Positions 10,406 to 18,832 of a stretch of DNA of 33,958 nt are shown here, one piece after another; positions within the stretch are counted from its first letter, which is position 1, and each line of letters starts with the position of its first letter. Source of the DNA: Tepidisphaeraceae bacterium (GTDB lineage: Bacteria > Planctomycetota > Phycisphaerae > Tepidisphaerales > Tepidisphaeraceae); NCBI GenBank assembly GCA_051962375.1, contig JBQCCH010000078.1, forward strand, positions 1 through 33,958. Reading direction: 5' to 3'. The notes under the pieces were generated by a model that was not told the DNA's origin, ran no database searches, and saw nothing but the letters and a program-made list of their open reading frames with translations. The position numbers and the translations under genes were made by a program.

Positions 10406-10430
10406 GGAATTCTGGAATTCAATGGAATCC
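10406..10430. promoter_or_regulatory. Three closely spaced GGAAT(T/C)C direct repeats between the GntR gene and the first BNR gene
   Basis: GGAATTC-T-GGAATTC-AAT-GGAATCC, 35 nt after the GntR stop. The repeats overlap the first possible ATG (10422) of the downstream gene. Confidence 0.35.
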
Positions 10431-12107
10431 TTCAACGGGCGGGCGATGCGAATGACACTCAAGGGACTGATATTCAGTGGGCTGACTCCCAAGGGGTTGA
10501 TTGGGGTATCGATAGGGGTAATTACCGGTGTGGCCGCTGCACAGACGCCCCCCGCGCCAAACTCGCCCATGCCCAAGCCCCCCGGCGCAGTCGTCTTCTA
10601 TTCTCCGCCGGTTTCGCGCATCTTCGTCGGATCACCGGGCATCGCCGTTTTACACGATGGCTCGTACCTGATGAAATGCGATGAGTTCGGTCCCGGCAGC
10701 AGCGACCAGACCGCCGCCGTCACGCCGGTGTTCCGCTCCACCGATTGCGGCGCATCCTGGAAGCCCATCGCTCGAATCAGCGGCCTTTATTGGGCGAACA
10801 TCTTTGAGCACAAAAATGCTGTCTACATGATCGGCGTGCATCACGAGTACGGCCCCCTAGTGGTGGTCAAATCCACGGACGGCGGCACGACCTGGACCAC
10901 GCCCAGGGACGCGAAGACGGGATTGATCCGTCCCGGGCGATGGCACACGGCGCCGGTGCCGGTCATAGAACACGACGGCCGGCTCTGGCGCGCCGTTGAA
11001 GACGCCCAAGGCCCCGGCGGGTGGGGTGTGATGTTCCACCCGCACTTGATGAGCATCCCCGTCGACGCCGACCTGCTTGACGCCGATCAGTGGACGATCA
11101 GCACCCCAGTTCCCCGCGACGGCGCGTGGCTCGGCGGAAAGTTCGGCGTCGTTCTCGAAGGCAACGCCGTCCTCGACCATGAAACGAACAAGGTGCTCGA
11201 CATCCTGCGCACCGATCACCCTCAACTCGCCGCCGTCGCGACGGTCAGCGCGGATGGTAAAACGCTGTCCGTCGCTCCAGCGTTCGACCAGATGCCGTTC
11301 CAGGGCGTCGATAAAAAATTCGAGATCCGTTGGGACGAAAAATCGCGTCAGTATTTTGCGCTGGCCAATCCGATCGCCCCGGCAGACATCACCGTGGGGG
11401 ATACCGGCGGCGTGCGCAACACGCTGGCGCTGTTCAGCTCGCCCGACCTGCGCCAATGGACGATGAAGTGCGTGCTGCTGCATCATCCCGACTGGAAGCA
11501 GCACGCTTTTCAATACCCGGACTGGGCGATCGACGGCGCGGACCTGCTGGTGGCGTCGCGCACGGGTTTTGACAGTCCCGGCGGGCCGCCCCCGCGCCAG
11601 CATGATGCGAACTACCTGACGTTCCACCGTTTCCATAACTTTCGTGATTTAACGATGAAGGATGGGGTGCAACTGCCGCAGCCTCCCGAGGTGCGTGAAG
11701 ATGTAGGAAGCCTGCGCATCCGCGGGGTCGGGTTCAGCGTCGGCAAACTTCGGGACGGGCTGAAGACGTTCTCGAACCGGAACTACGTTTTTGCCGACGT
11801 GCCCGCCAAATTGGACGGCGCCGCTATCACGCAAGGCGCCGGTGATTTCCGCGGATGGATCACGGTGAAAGCTCTCGCCAAGCCGGCCACGTTGTTCGTG
11901 TTTACGGCCGGGCCGCGCGAGGGGCTGGATTTGTCCTTATTTACCGAAGTGCCTGCACTGGGTTTCCACTACACCGACGGGGGCCGTTCGCGGGTCAGCG
12001 TCTTCAAGCGCGAATTGTCGGCGGGTGAAACCGTCACCCTGCCCGAAGGAAACTGGGCCGGCGTCCACGTGCTCGTGCCGCCGGCGAAGTCCGAGCCTCG
12101 TTCATAG
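10422..12107 (+). CDS. Secreted BNR/Asp-box beta-propeller (sialidase-superfamily hydrolase-like) with extra ~140-aa C-terminal beta-rich module
   Basis: Asp-boxes STDCGASW and STDGGTTW. Hydrophobic signal-like N-terminus (LIGVSIGVITGVAAAQ). Clear paralogy to 17526..18818 (FVGSPGIAVLHDGSYL / YVGSPALAVLPDGTYI; HTAPVPV / HTAPTPV; ANYLTFHRF / ANYLTFHRI). The true start could be ATG 10446 or 10452. Confidence 0.8.
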   Translation: MESFNGRAMRMTLKGLIFSGLTPKGLIGVSIGVITGVAAAQTPPAPNSPMPKPPGAVVFYSPPVSRIFVGSPGIAVLHDGSYLMKCDEFGPGSSDQTAAVTPVFRSTDCGASWKPIARISGLYWANIFEHKNAVYMIGVHHEYGPLVVVKSTDGGTTWTTPRDAKTGLIRPGRWHTAPVPVIEHDGRLWRAVEDAQGPGGWGVMFHPHLMSIPVDADLLDADQWTISTPVPRDGAWLGGKFGVVLEGNAVLDHETNKVLDILRTDHPQLAAVATVSADGKTLSVAPAFDQMPFQGVDKKFEIRWDEKSRQYFALANPIAPADITVGDTGGVRNTLALFSSPDLRQWTMKCVLLHHPDWKQHAFQYPDWAIDGADLLVASRTGFDSPGGPPPRQHDANYLTFHRFHNFRDLTMKDGVQLPQPPEVREDVGSLRIRGVGFSVGKLRDGLKTFSNRNYVFADVPAKLDGAAITQGAGDFRGWITVKALAKPATLFVFTAGPREGLDLSLFTEVPALGFHYTDGGRSRVSVFKRELSAGETVTLPEGNWAGVHVLVPPAKSEPRS

Positions 12108-12130
12108 CGCAATTCGAAAGAAAGTTGTAT

Positions 12131-13108
12131 ATGCAAATGCGAATCCGATCGACGTCTAAGTTGCGGGGGATCATTCCTCCCCTGGTGACGCCCCTGCTCG
12201 AAGATGGGACGCTCGATGAAGCGGGCCTGTGCCGCGTGGTTGAGCGAGCCGTCGAGGGGGGGGTACACGGGTTGTTCGTGCTCGGCACCACGGCCGAGTG
12301 GGCATCGCTCGATGACGCCACGCGCCTGCGCGTTCTCGAACTGTGCGCCACCACGACCGCCGGACGCGTGCCGCTGTATCTGCACGTGACCGATACCCGA
12401 TTCAGTGCCTCGCTCGCCTTGGCCCGTGCCGGCGCGGAAGTGGGCGTGGCCGCCATCGTCGCGGCGGCGCCGTATTATTTGCCGCTTCGACAATCCGAGC
12501 TGATCGGCTACATCGAGCGCTTTCTCGATGCCCAGGATTTGCCGATCGTTCTCTACAACATCCCGCAATTCATCAAGACCTCCTATGAGCCGGAGACGGT
12601 GCGGCAACTGATCCAAAATCCGCGCGTCATCGGCATCAAGGACAGCAGCGGCGATTTGGCGTATCAACGGGAGATCATCGACCTGACGGCGCCGCGCCCC
12701 GATTTTTCCGTGCTCTGCGGCGACGAGCGCTACATGCGCGAAATGCTCGCCTACGGAGCGCACGGATGCGTCGGCGGCGGGGGAAACCTGCTGCCGCGAT
12801 TGCTCGTGTCGCTATATCAATCCATCCTGGCCAACGATGCGGCGCAGACCGAGCAATTGCAGCATCAATTGCAGCGGCTCTCGGTTCTGTACGAGGCCCC
12901 GACCGTGGCGGCGGGAATTCGCAACGTGAAGTCGGCCCTGCATCAAGTGGGCATCATCGCCACCGACCAGATGTGCGCGCCGTATGGCGCGGCATCGGAT
13001 GACCCAGCGGCGGTTCGGCGCGTGCTACAGAGCGTGGGGCTACTCGAGGGCGAGGCGCCGCGACCCGCGAACGGCAGGCATCACGCGGCAATTTCCTCGG
13101 CGAGGTGA
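12131..13108 (+). CDS. DapA/NanA-family class I (Schiff-base) aldolase/lyase; specificity not assignable
   Basis: Motifs seen are GIIPPLVTPL, VLGTTAEW (GTTGE-like), VLYNIPQF (the YN(I/V)P tyrosine motif) and IGIKDSSGD (Schiff-base lysine context). No signal peptide. The track start at 12125 is TTG; ATGs occur at 12131 and 12137. Confidence 0.85.
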   Translation: MQMRIRSTSKLRGIIPPLVTPLLEDGTLDEAGLCRVVERAVEGGVHGLFVLGTTAEWASLDDATRLRVLELCATTTAGRVPLYLHVTDTRFSASLALARAGAEVGVAAIVAAAPYYLPLRQSELIGYIERFLDAQDLPIVLYNIPQFIKTSYEPETVRQLIQNPRVIGIKDSSGDLAYQREIIDLTAPRPDFSVLCGDERYMREMLAYGAHGCVGGGGNLLPRLLVSLYQSILANDAAQTEQLQHQLQRLSVLYEAPTVAAGIRNVKSALHQVGIIATDQMCAPYGAASDDPAAVRRVLQSVGLLEGEAPRPANGRHHAAISSAR

Positions 13109-13112
13109 GGCG

Positions 13113-14528
13113 TTGCGTCGGACGATTCGACTTTGTCTCGGGAGAAGTTTCATGGCCAGTTGCTCGATGCTGCTCGCCGGCTGCGCGGCGGCATCATCCT
13201 CGACGCGCCCAGCGCAGCCGCGCGATCGACAGGTGACGTTCGGCGAGTACGGCCACATTCTCACGAACGTGAATGTCTGGTCGCCGGACAGCAAGTGGAT
13301 CGCCTACGATGTCCGCTCCGATCCCGGCGGCGACCGATTCGACGGCGACCGGATCGAGCGCGTGAACGTCGAGACGGGCGTGGTGCAAGTCCTGTACCGC
13401 GCGTCGGCGAACGCCAAGGTGGGCGTTGTCACCTGTTCGCCGACCAGTGAAAAAGTCGTCTTCATTGAAGGCCCGAAGCATCCGACACCCGACTGGTCTT
13501 ACGCCGCCAATCATCGCCAGGGCGTGATTGTCGATGCGGCGCGGCCCGGAATCGAGACCAACTTGGACGCCCGCGATCTGACCGCCCCCTTTACGCCCGG
13601 CGCGCTGCGCGGCGGTACGCATGTACACGTGTTCAGCCCCGATGGCCGATGGGTGCGCTTCACCTACGAAGACGCGATCCTCCCGAGCGCCGGCGCGATT
13701 CCGGCCGACAGCGACGTGAACGCCCGCAACATCGGCGTCAGCGTGCCGGCCGGACCAGTGCGGGTAGCCGGCGACAACCCGCACAATCACGATGGCGATT
13801 TTTTCAGCGTTCTGGTCACGCACACCGTTCGCGATCCGAAGCCGGGATCGGACGAGATTTCGCGTGCCTGCGAAGAGGGGTGGGTGGGCGTGAACGGATA
13901 CGTGCGGCCGGATGGAACGCGCCAAAAGCGGGCGATCGCGTTTCAGGGGTCGGTAAAGACAGTCCAGGGCGAGTCGATTGCCGAGGTCTTCATCGTCGAT
14001 CTGCCGGACGACCTGACACGGCCCGGCGACGGCCCGCTCGCGGGCACGGCCACCCGCCTCCCCGCACCCCCTGCCGGCGTCATTCAGCGCCGCCTGACCT
14101 ATACCGCGGACCGAAAATATCCCGGCATCCAAGGCCCGCGCCACTGGCTCCAGGCCTCGCCGGATGGTTCGCGCATCGCGTTCCTGATGAAAGACGACAC
14201 CGGCATCATCCAACTCTGGACGATTTCGTCCAATGGTGGCAAGCCGACGCAGGTTACGCATGACCCGTGGAGCATCGCGTCAGCGTTCACCTGGAATCCC
14301 AAGGAATGGGCTGTCGCATATATCGCGGACAAGAGCGTGTTCACGGTGGATATGCGAACTGGCGTTAGTCGCCGACTAACCGAGCCAACAAACGATGCCG
14401 ATGCGCCGCGCCCGCTCGCCTGCGTTTATTCGCCTGACGGCCGGAAAATCGCTTATCTGCGGCCGGTTCAGTTGAACGGAAAAACTTGGAACCAGGTTTA
14501 TGTCGTCGCAACACCTGACAAAAATTGA
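13113..14528 (+). CDS. YidR/DUF3748-like TolB-type beta-propeller protein with lipoprotein signal peptide
   Basis: A TTG 13113 start gives MRRTIRLCLGRSFMASCSMLLAGCAAAS (lipobox LLAGC). The alternative ATG 13152 is preceded by GGAGAAG. PD40-like repeats are SPDSKWIAYDV, FSPDGRWVRFTYED, ASPDGSRIAFLMKD and YSPDGRKIAYLRP. The N-terminal HILTNVNVWSPDSKWIAYDVR resembles the start of E. coli YidR as I recall it. The ORF-track extension to 12984 overlaps the upstream gene and is unlikely. Confidence 0.8.
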   Translation: MRRTIRLCLGRSFMASCSMLLAGCAAASSSTRPAQPRDRQVTFGEYGHILTNVNVWSPDSKWIAYDVRSDPGGDRFDGDRIERVNVETGVVQVLYRASANAKVGVVTCSPTSEKVVFIEGPKHPTPDWSYAANHRQGVIVDAARPGIETNLDARDLTAPFTPGALRGGTHVHVFSPDGRWVRFTYEDAILPSAGAIPADSDVNARNIGVSVPAGPVRVAGDNPHNHDGDFFSVLVTHTVRDPKPGSDEISRACEEGWVGVNGYVRPDGTRQKRAIAFQGSVKTVQGESIAEVFIVDLPDDLTRPGDGPLAGTATRLPAPPAGVIQRRLTYTADRKYPGIQGPRHWLQASPDGSRIAFLMKDDTGIIQLWTISSNGGKPTQVTHDPWSIASAFTWNPKEWAVAYIADKSVFTVDMRTGVSRRLTEPTNDADAPRPLACVYSPDGRKIAYLRPVQLNGKTWNQVYVVATPDKN

Positions 14529-14582
14529 AGAAAACCGCGAATTTATTTGACGCGGTGCTCTCAGTGGCTTAGTTTGTGAATA

Positions 14583-14600
14583 CTTGTGGAATTCCACAAG
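14583..14600. promoter_or_regulatory. Perfect 18-bp palindrome, candidate operator, 40 nt upstream of the PATR gene start
   Basis: CTTGTGGAATTCCACAAG equals its own reverse complement. It lies in the 111-nt gap between the DUF3748 stop (14528) and ATG 14640. Its TGGAAT half-site core is shared with the repeats at 10406..10430. Confidence 0.5.
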
Positions 14601-14639
14601 CATATCTGTCCCAGGCGTGCGTTGGCGGAGGAAAATGCA

Positions 14640-17429
14640 ATGAATTCGGATCTTAACGGCGGCTCTACCTCTTCTGGTCATTCGAGCCAATGCGCTCGTC
14701 TTCCCTTGATCGTTGCGGCATGCGTAGCGCTTGTTTCCTCCCAAGCCTTTAGTAGCGACTGGCAACCGGCGACGGGCGGCGCGTGGGACACGCCGACCAA
14801 CTGGGATACCAATCCGACTATCCCCGACGGCGTTGGCGCGACTGCCGACTTTAGCCAAGTGGACCTCACCGGCGATGCCACCATCGCCCTGAACGGCAGC
14901 CGCACGGTCGGCATGCTGAACTTCGGCGACACCGATCCCTCCACGGCCGGCGGATGGCTCCTCAGCGATGCAACCCAGAAAACCCTAACGCTCGCAACCA
15001 GCAGCGGCCCGGCTAACATCAATGTGGGCAACCTCGGCACGGGCAAAGCCGTTACGATCGCATCGCTGCTCAAGGTCGACGCCGCCCAGGTCGTCACCAA
15101 GACGGGCAACGGCACCTTGATCTTCACCAACGTCGGCAACGCCTCGGCGAGCGCCTTTGCCGGCATTCTGGAGATTCAGGCGGGCGTGTTCCAGGTCGGC
15201 AGCACCGCGGCGCTGCCCAATTTCGATCCCAACACCGTCCGCATCAACGGCGGGACGATGCGCTTCAGCGCGTCGGCGAACACCGGCCGCGTCTTCTCGC
15301 TCGGGCAGAACGGCGGCACCCTCTCGATCGCGGCCGCCACGAATTTCAGCGGCACTGGCGCCATGCCGCTGGTCGGCAGCGGGGCACGCACGTTCACCAT
15401 CAACACCGAGACGGCCGGCGCCTATACGTTCGCCAACCTGATCGGCGACGGCACCGGCGGGGTGACCAGTCTCGTCAAGGCCGGCCCCGGCGCGCTCACC
15501 CTCGGCACGGCGAACACCTTCACCGGCACGATCGCCGTCAATGGCAGCACGCTGACCAATAACACCCTCGGCGGCACGCCCACCGGCCCGGCGGCGACGG
15601 CTACGGCCTACACCGGCGGCGGCATCACGGTCGCCAGCGGCGCGACCATGGGCGTCACCCGCGGACTGTCCCTCAACTTCGCCGGCTCCATCAGCGGCGC
15701 GGGCGGCCTGAACGTCAAGATCACCAACGATGGCAACGTGTCGCTTGGCAACGCCACCTTCGCCGGCACGACCACCATCCAACGCGGCACGTACAACCTG
15801 AGCAATAACTCGGCCACGTCCAATTACGTCTTGGGTGATAGCGTCGTGTCGGAATATGGCATCATCAATCTCGACAACGGCAACTTCACCGCCCCGCTGG
15901 GTACGACTGGCGGCGGGGTTACGTGGACTGGCTCGGGCGGCTTCTCCAACCCCAACGCCGGCACGCGCGTGGTGGCCCTCGGCGGCACCGCGTCGCCGAC
16001 ACCGCTGCAATTGAACGTCGGCGGATTCGTCGCCGGCAACAATTCCCCTGGCACGCCGGCGACGGACTTTCGCCTAAAACTTGGCGATGTCGGCGCTACC
16101 GCATTGGGCACCGTCGATTTCCAGAACGCCATCGACCTCAACAACCGCGAACTCCGCGTAACCGTCGACGGCCTGGCCCAGGCGCCTGGCATTCTCAGCG
16201 GCAACATCACGGGCACAGGTCGAGCCGCCGGGGCGCTCGCCAAATTCGGAAATGCCAGTCTTATTCTGAGCGGCAACAATACTTATACGGGCATCACCTC
16301 GATCGTCGCCGGCAATGCACCGACGTTCTCTTCGGCGATCATTCTCGGCTCGGCTGGGGCATTCAGCCCGAATTCGAACATCCAACTCAACGGCGGCACC
16401 GGCGGCACGGCCGGCGGCGTGCTCGGCCTGGGCTTCGCGGATGGTAACTTCACCCTCGGCACCGGCGGCGGGCAGGTTGGTTTCACCGCCAACAATTCCG
16501 GCGGCTTTGCCGCTTATGGCGCCGACCGCACGGTTACACTGAACAGCAACGCGCTGCTGACGTGGGGCAGTACCGCCAGCTTCATTACGAGCGGGCAGAA
16601 TCTCATTCTGGCCTTGCAAAATGCCGATTCCCGGCTCACGCTTTCAAACGACATTAACCTGAATGGCGCGGCCCGTACGGTCGTCGTTAACCAAGGCTCC
16701 GCGGCTGTTGATGCCCGGCTCTCCGGTCAACTGACCGGCACCGGCAGCAGCGGCTTGACGAAGTCCGGCCTCGGCACGCTAGAGTTGACCAACACCGCCA
16801 ACAACTACGCCGGCGTCACCAACGTCACGGCCGGCACGTTGCTGGTCAACGGCTCGACCGGCGCCGGCAAAACGACCGTTTCGGCCGGTGCTACCCTCGG
16901 CGGCAGCGGCACGATTTCGGGCGATCTGGCGGTCATCGGCGGCACGCTCGCGCCCGGCAACAGCCCCGCCTCGCTCGAAATTGGCGGCAACCTGACGCTC
17001 GATGCGGCTTCCACCACCGCGATCGAACTTGCCGGCACCGCTTTTTCCTTGAACGGCACGGAGCAGTATGACCGCCTCAAGCTCACCAGCGCTTCCGGCA
17101 GCCACACGATCGCCGGCACGCTGGCGGTCGACCTTTTGAACGGATTCACGCTCACTGACAACGAAGCCTTCGGCATCCTGCAACTCGATGATGCGGCCCT
17201 TCGCTCCGGCACGTTCACCGGGCTGACCACCGATGGCGCGCTGGTCGGCACCTTCGGCGGGCAGAACCTGTTCATCACCTACTCCGGCAGCTTCGGCGAT
17301 GCCGGCGCCATCTCTACGACCGGCGGCAACGACGTCGTGCTTTACACGCAGCAAACGCCCGAACCGGCGGCCCTCGGGCTGCTCGGCGGCGCGGCGATGA
17401 TGCTCGTGCGCCGTCGTCGCCGCGTTTGA
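14640..17429 (+). CDS. PATR (autotransporter-associated beta-strand repeat) surface protein with C-terminal PEP-CTERM sorting signal; no beta-barrel translocator
   Basis: GGAGGA lies 7 nt upstream of ATG 14640. Signal-like ARLPLIVAACVALVSSQAFS. The N-terminal W..GGAWDTPTNWD..P..GATADF is a typical PATR-protein opening. Long Gly/Thr/Asn-rich repeats follow (..GNGTLIFTN.., ..GPGALTLGTANTFTG.., ..GLGTLELTNTANNYAG..VNG). The tail is TPEPAALGLLGGAAMMLVRRRRRV (PEP motif, TM helix, Arg cluster). Confidence 0.88.
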   Translation: MNSDLNGGSTSSGHSSQCARLPLIVAACVALVSSQAFSSDWQPATGGAWDTPTNWDTNPTIPDGVGATADFSQVDLTGDATIALNGSRTVGMLNFGDTDPSTAGGWLLSDATQKTLTLATSSGPANINVGNLGTGKAVTIASLLKVDAAQVVTKTGNGTLIFTNVGNASASAFAGILEIQAGVFQVGSTAALPNFDPNTVRINGGTMRFSASANTGRVFSLGQNGGTLSIAAATNFSGTGAMPLVGSGARTFTINTETAGAYTFANLIGDGTGGVTSLVKAGPGALTLGTANTFTGTIAVNGSTLTNNTLGGTPTGPAATATAYTGGGITVASGATMGVTRGLSLNFAGSISGAGGLNVKITNDGNVSLGNATFAGTTTIQRGTYNLSNNSATSNYVLGDSVVSEYGIINLDNGNFTAPLGTTGGGVTWTGSGGFSNPNAGTRVVALGGTASPTPLQLNVGGFVAGNNSPGTPATDFRLKLGDVGATALGTVDFQNAIDLNNRELRVTVDGLAQAPGILSGNITGTGRAAGALAKFGNASLILSGNNTYTGITSIVAGNAPTFSSAIILGSAGAFSPNSNIQLNGGTGGTAGGVLGLGFADGNFTLGTGGGQVGFTANNSGGFAAYGADRTVTLNSNALLTWGSTASFITSGQNLILALQNADSRLTLSNDINLNGAARTVVVNQGSAAVDARLSGQLTGTGSSGLTKSGLGTLELTNTANNYAGVTNVTAGTLLVNGSTGAGKTTVSAGATLGGSGTISGDLAVIGGTLAPGNSPASLEIGGNLTLDAASTTAIELAGTAFSLNGTEQYDRLKLTSASGSHTIAGTLAVDLLNGFTLTDNEAFGILQLDDAALRSGTFTGLTTDGALVGTFGGQNLFITYSGSFGDAGAISTTGGNDVVLYTQQTPEPAALGLLGGAAMMLVRRRRRV

Positions 17430-17455
17430 ATAAACATTTAGACTGAATCCAGTTG

Positions 17456-17493
17456 AAGATGGGGTGCCGGATCCCTCCGCGGCACCCCATCTT
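17456..17493 (+). terminator. Hairpin terminator candidate downstream of the PATR gene
   Basis: Perfect 14-bp stem AAGATGGGGTGCCG / CGGCACCCCATCTT with a 10-nt loop, 27 nt after the stop, followed by GTGTT. Confidence 0.6.
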
Positions 17494-17525
17494 GTGTTCG
17501 CCGGTTCCGCTTTCAAGGGATCATC

Positions 17526-18818
17526 ATGCTTGCAACCGCGCGGCGCATCATCGCGGCAGTGGCGATCACCGCTTATGCCGGGGCGTTTTGTTCCGCGGCG
17601 GCTTATTCGTCCGTACCCGGCAGCGTGATCGATCACCTGCCGGCCGGCGGTGGCGTGTATGTCGGATCGCCGGCGCTGGCGGTCTTGCCGGATGGCACCT
17701 ACATCGCCTCGCACGATCTGTTCGGCCCATCCTCGACCGCGCCGAGCGTGGGCGTGACGAAGCTGTTTCGCTCGATTGATCGTGGCGTCACCTGGTCGCC
17801 GCTTTCCACGATCAGCGGGCAGCAGTGGTCGAACCTGTTCACGCAGGGCAACGCGCTCTACCTGATGGGCACGAGCAAGGACTACGGCCGTGTGACGATT
17901 CGCAAATCGATTGACGGCGGCGCGACCTGGACCACGCCCAGCGACACCACCAACGGCTATTTGAGCTTGGGTGAAACACACCACACCGCGCCGACGCCGG
18001 TGGTCATCGCCGACGGGCGCATTTGGCGGTCGATGGAAGACACCGGCGCCGGAGGCGGTTGGCCGGCGCAGTTTCGCACCTTCGTCATGTCGGCACCGAT
18101 CGGCAGCGATCTGCTCAACAAGGGCAACTGGCGCTACACCGGCGACATGCCCGGCACGGCCAAGCTCAGCAGCAGCAAAGGCTGGCTGCCCAACAACGCC
18201 TTCAACGGCTGGCTCGAAGGCAACATGGTGCGCACGGCGGGGGGCGAGCTGGTGAACGTGTTGCGTGTCGATGTGCCCGCCGGTGCGGCCCAGAAGGGGG
18301 CGATCGTGCATGTCAATCCGGCGGACAACGGCCTGGCGTTCGATCCCGCCGTCGATATCGTGAACCTGCCCGGCGGGTCGTCGAAGTTCACGATCCGTTA
18401 TGACCCGGCCACCCAAAAATACTGGACGCTCAGCGACACCGTCACGGTGGCAAACAACGTAGCCGGTGTGCCGCCGGGATCGATTCGCGATGTCGTCTCG
18501 CTCGTCTCTTCAACCGATCTGACGAATTGGACGATCACCCGAACGGTGCTAAGCGATACGACTGATGCTGGCCACATCGGCTTTCAATACCTGGATTGGC
18601 AATTCGACGGGGCCGATATCGTGGCCGTATCGCGTACGGCTTATCCTGACGGCGTAGGCGGGGCCAACAGTTATCACAACGCAAATTATCTGACGTTTCA
18701 TCGGATCGTCGATTACGCCGCCGTTCCAGAACCTGCGACGATCGCTCCACTCCTGGGGATGTTGTGGTTATCCCAAATGCGGTGGAAACTTCAGCGTCGG
18801 GCAGGGCGGATTGCGTAA
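17526..18818 (+). CDS. BNR/Asp-box beta-propeller (sialidase-superfamily hydrolase-like) with C-terminal PEP-CTERM sorting signal
   Basis: Asp-boxes SIDRGVTW and SIDGGATW. Signal-like MLATARRIIAAVAITAYAGAFCSAAA. The C-terminus is VPEPATIAPLLGMLWLSQMRWKLQRRAGR (PEP motif, hydrophobic helix, basic tail). Paralogue of 10422..12107. Confidence 0.82.
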   Translation: MLATARRIIAAVAITAYAGAFCSAAAYSSVPGSVIDHLPAGGGVYVGSPALAVLPDGTYIASHDLFGPSSTAPSVGVTKLFRSIDRGVTWSPLSTISGQQWSNLFTQGNALYLMGTSKDYGRVTIRKSIDGGATWTTPSDTTNGYLSLGETHHTAPTPVVIADGRIWRSMEDTGAGGGWPAQFRTFVMSAPIGSDLLNKGNWRYTGDMPGTAKLSSSKGWLPNNAFNGWLEGNMVRTAGGELVNVLRVDVPAGAAQKGAIVHVNPADNGLAFDPAVDIVNLPGGSSKFTIRYDPATQKYWTLSDTVTVANNVAGVPPGSIRDVVSLVSSTDLTNWTITRTVLSDTTDAGHIGFQYLDWQFDGADIVAVSRTAYPDGVGGANSYHNANYLTFHRIVDYAAVPEPATIAPLLGMLWLSQMRWKLQRRAGRIA

Positions 18819-18832
18819 GGAAACACGTTAGG

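Noticed and set aside
16779-18416. Long minus-strand ORF (545 aa) and similar long antisense ORFs: 1257..2468 +, 5333..6328 -, 6819..7619 -, 9394..10074 -, 13194..14261 -, 14985..16010 -, 30278..31306 -, 27034..27672 -
   Set aside because: All lie antisense to, or out of frame with, genes that carry clear family motifs. They are rich in Arg/Ala/Gly/Pro, as expected for shadow ORFs in GC-rich DNA, and contain no recognisable motifs.
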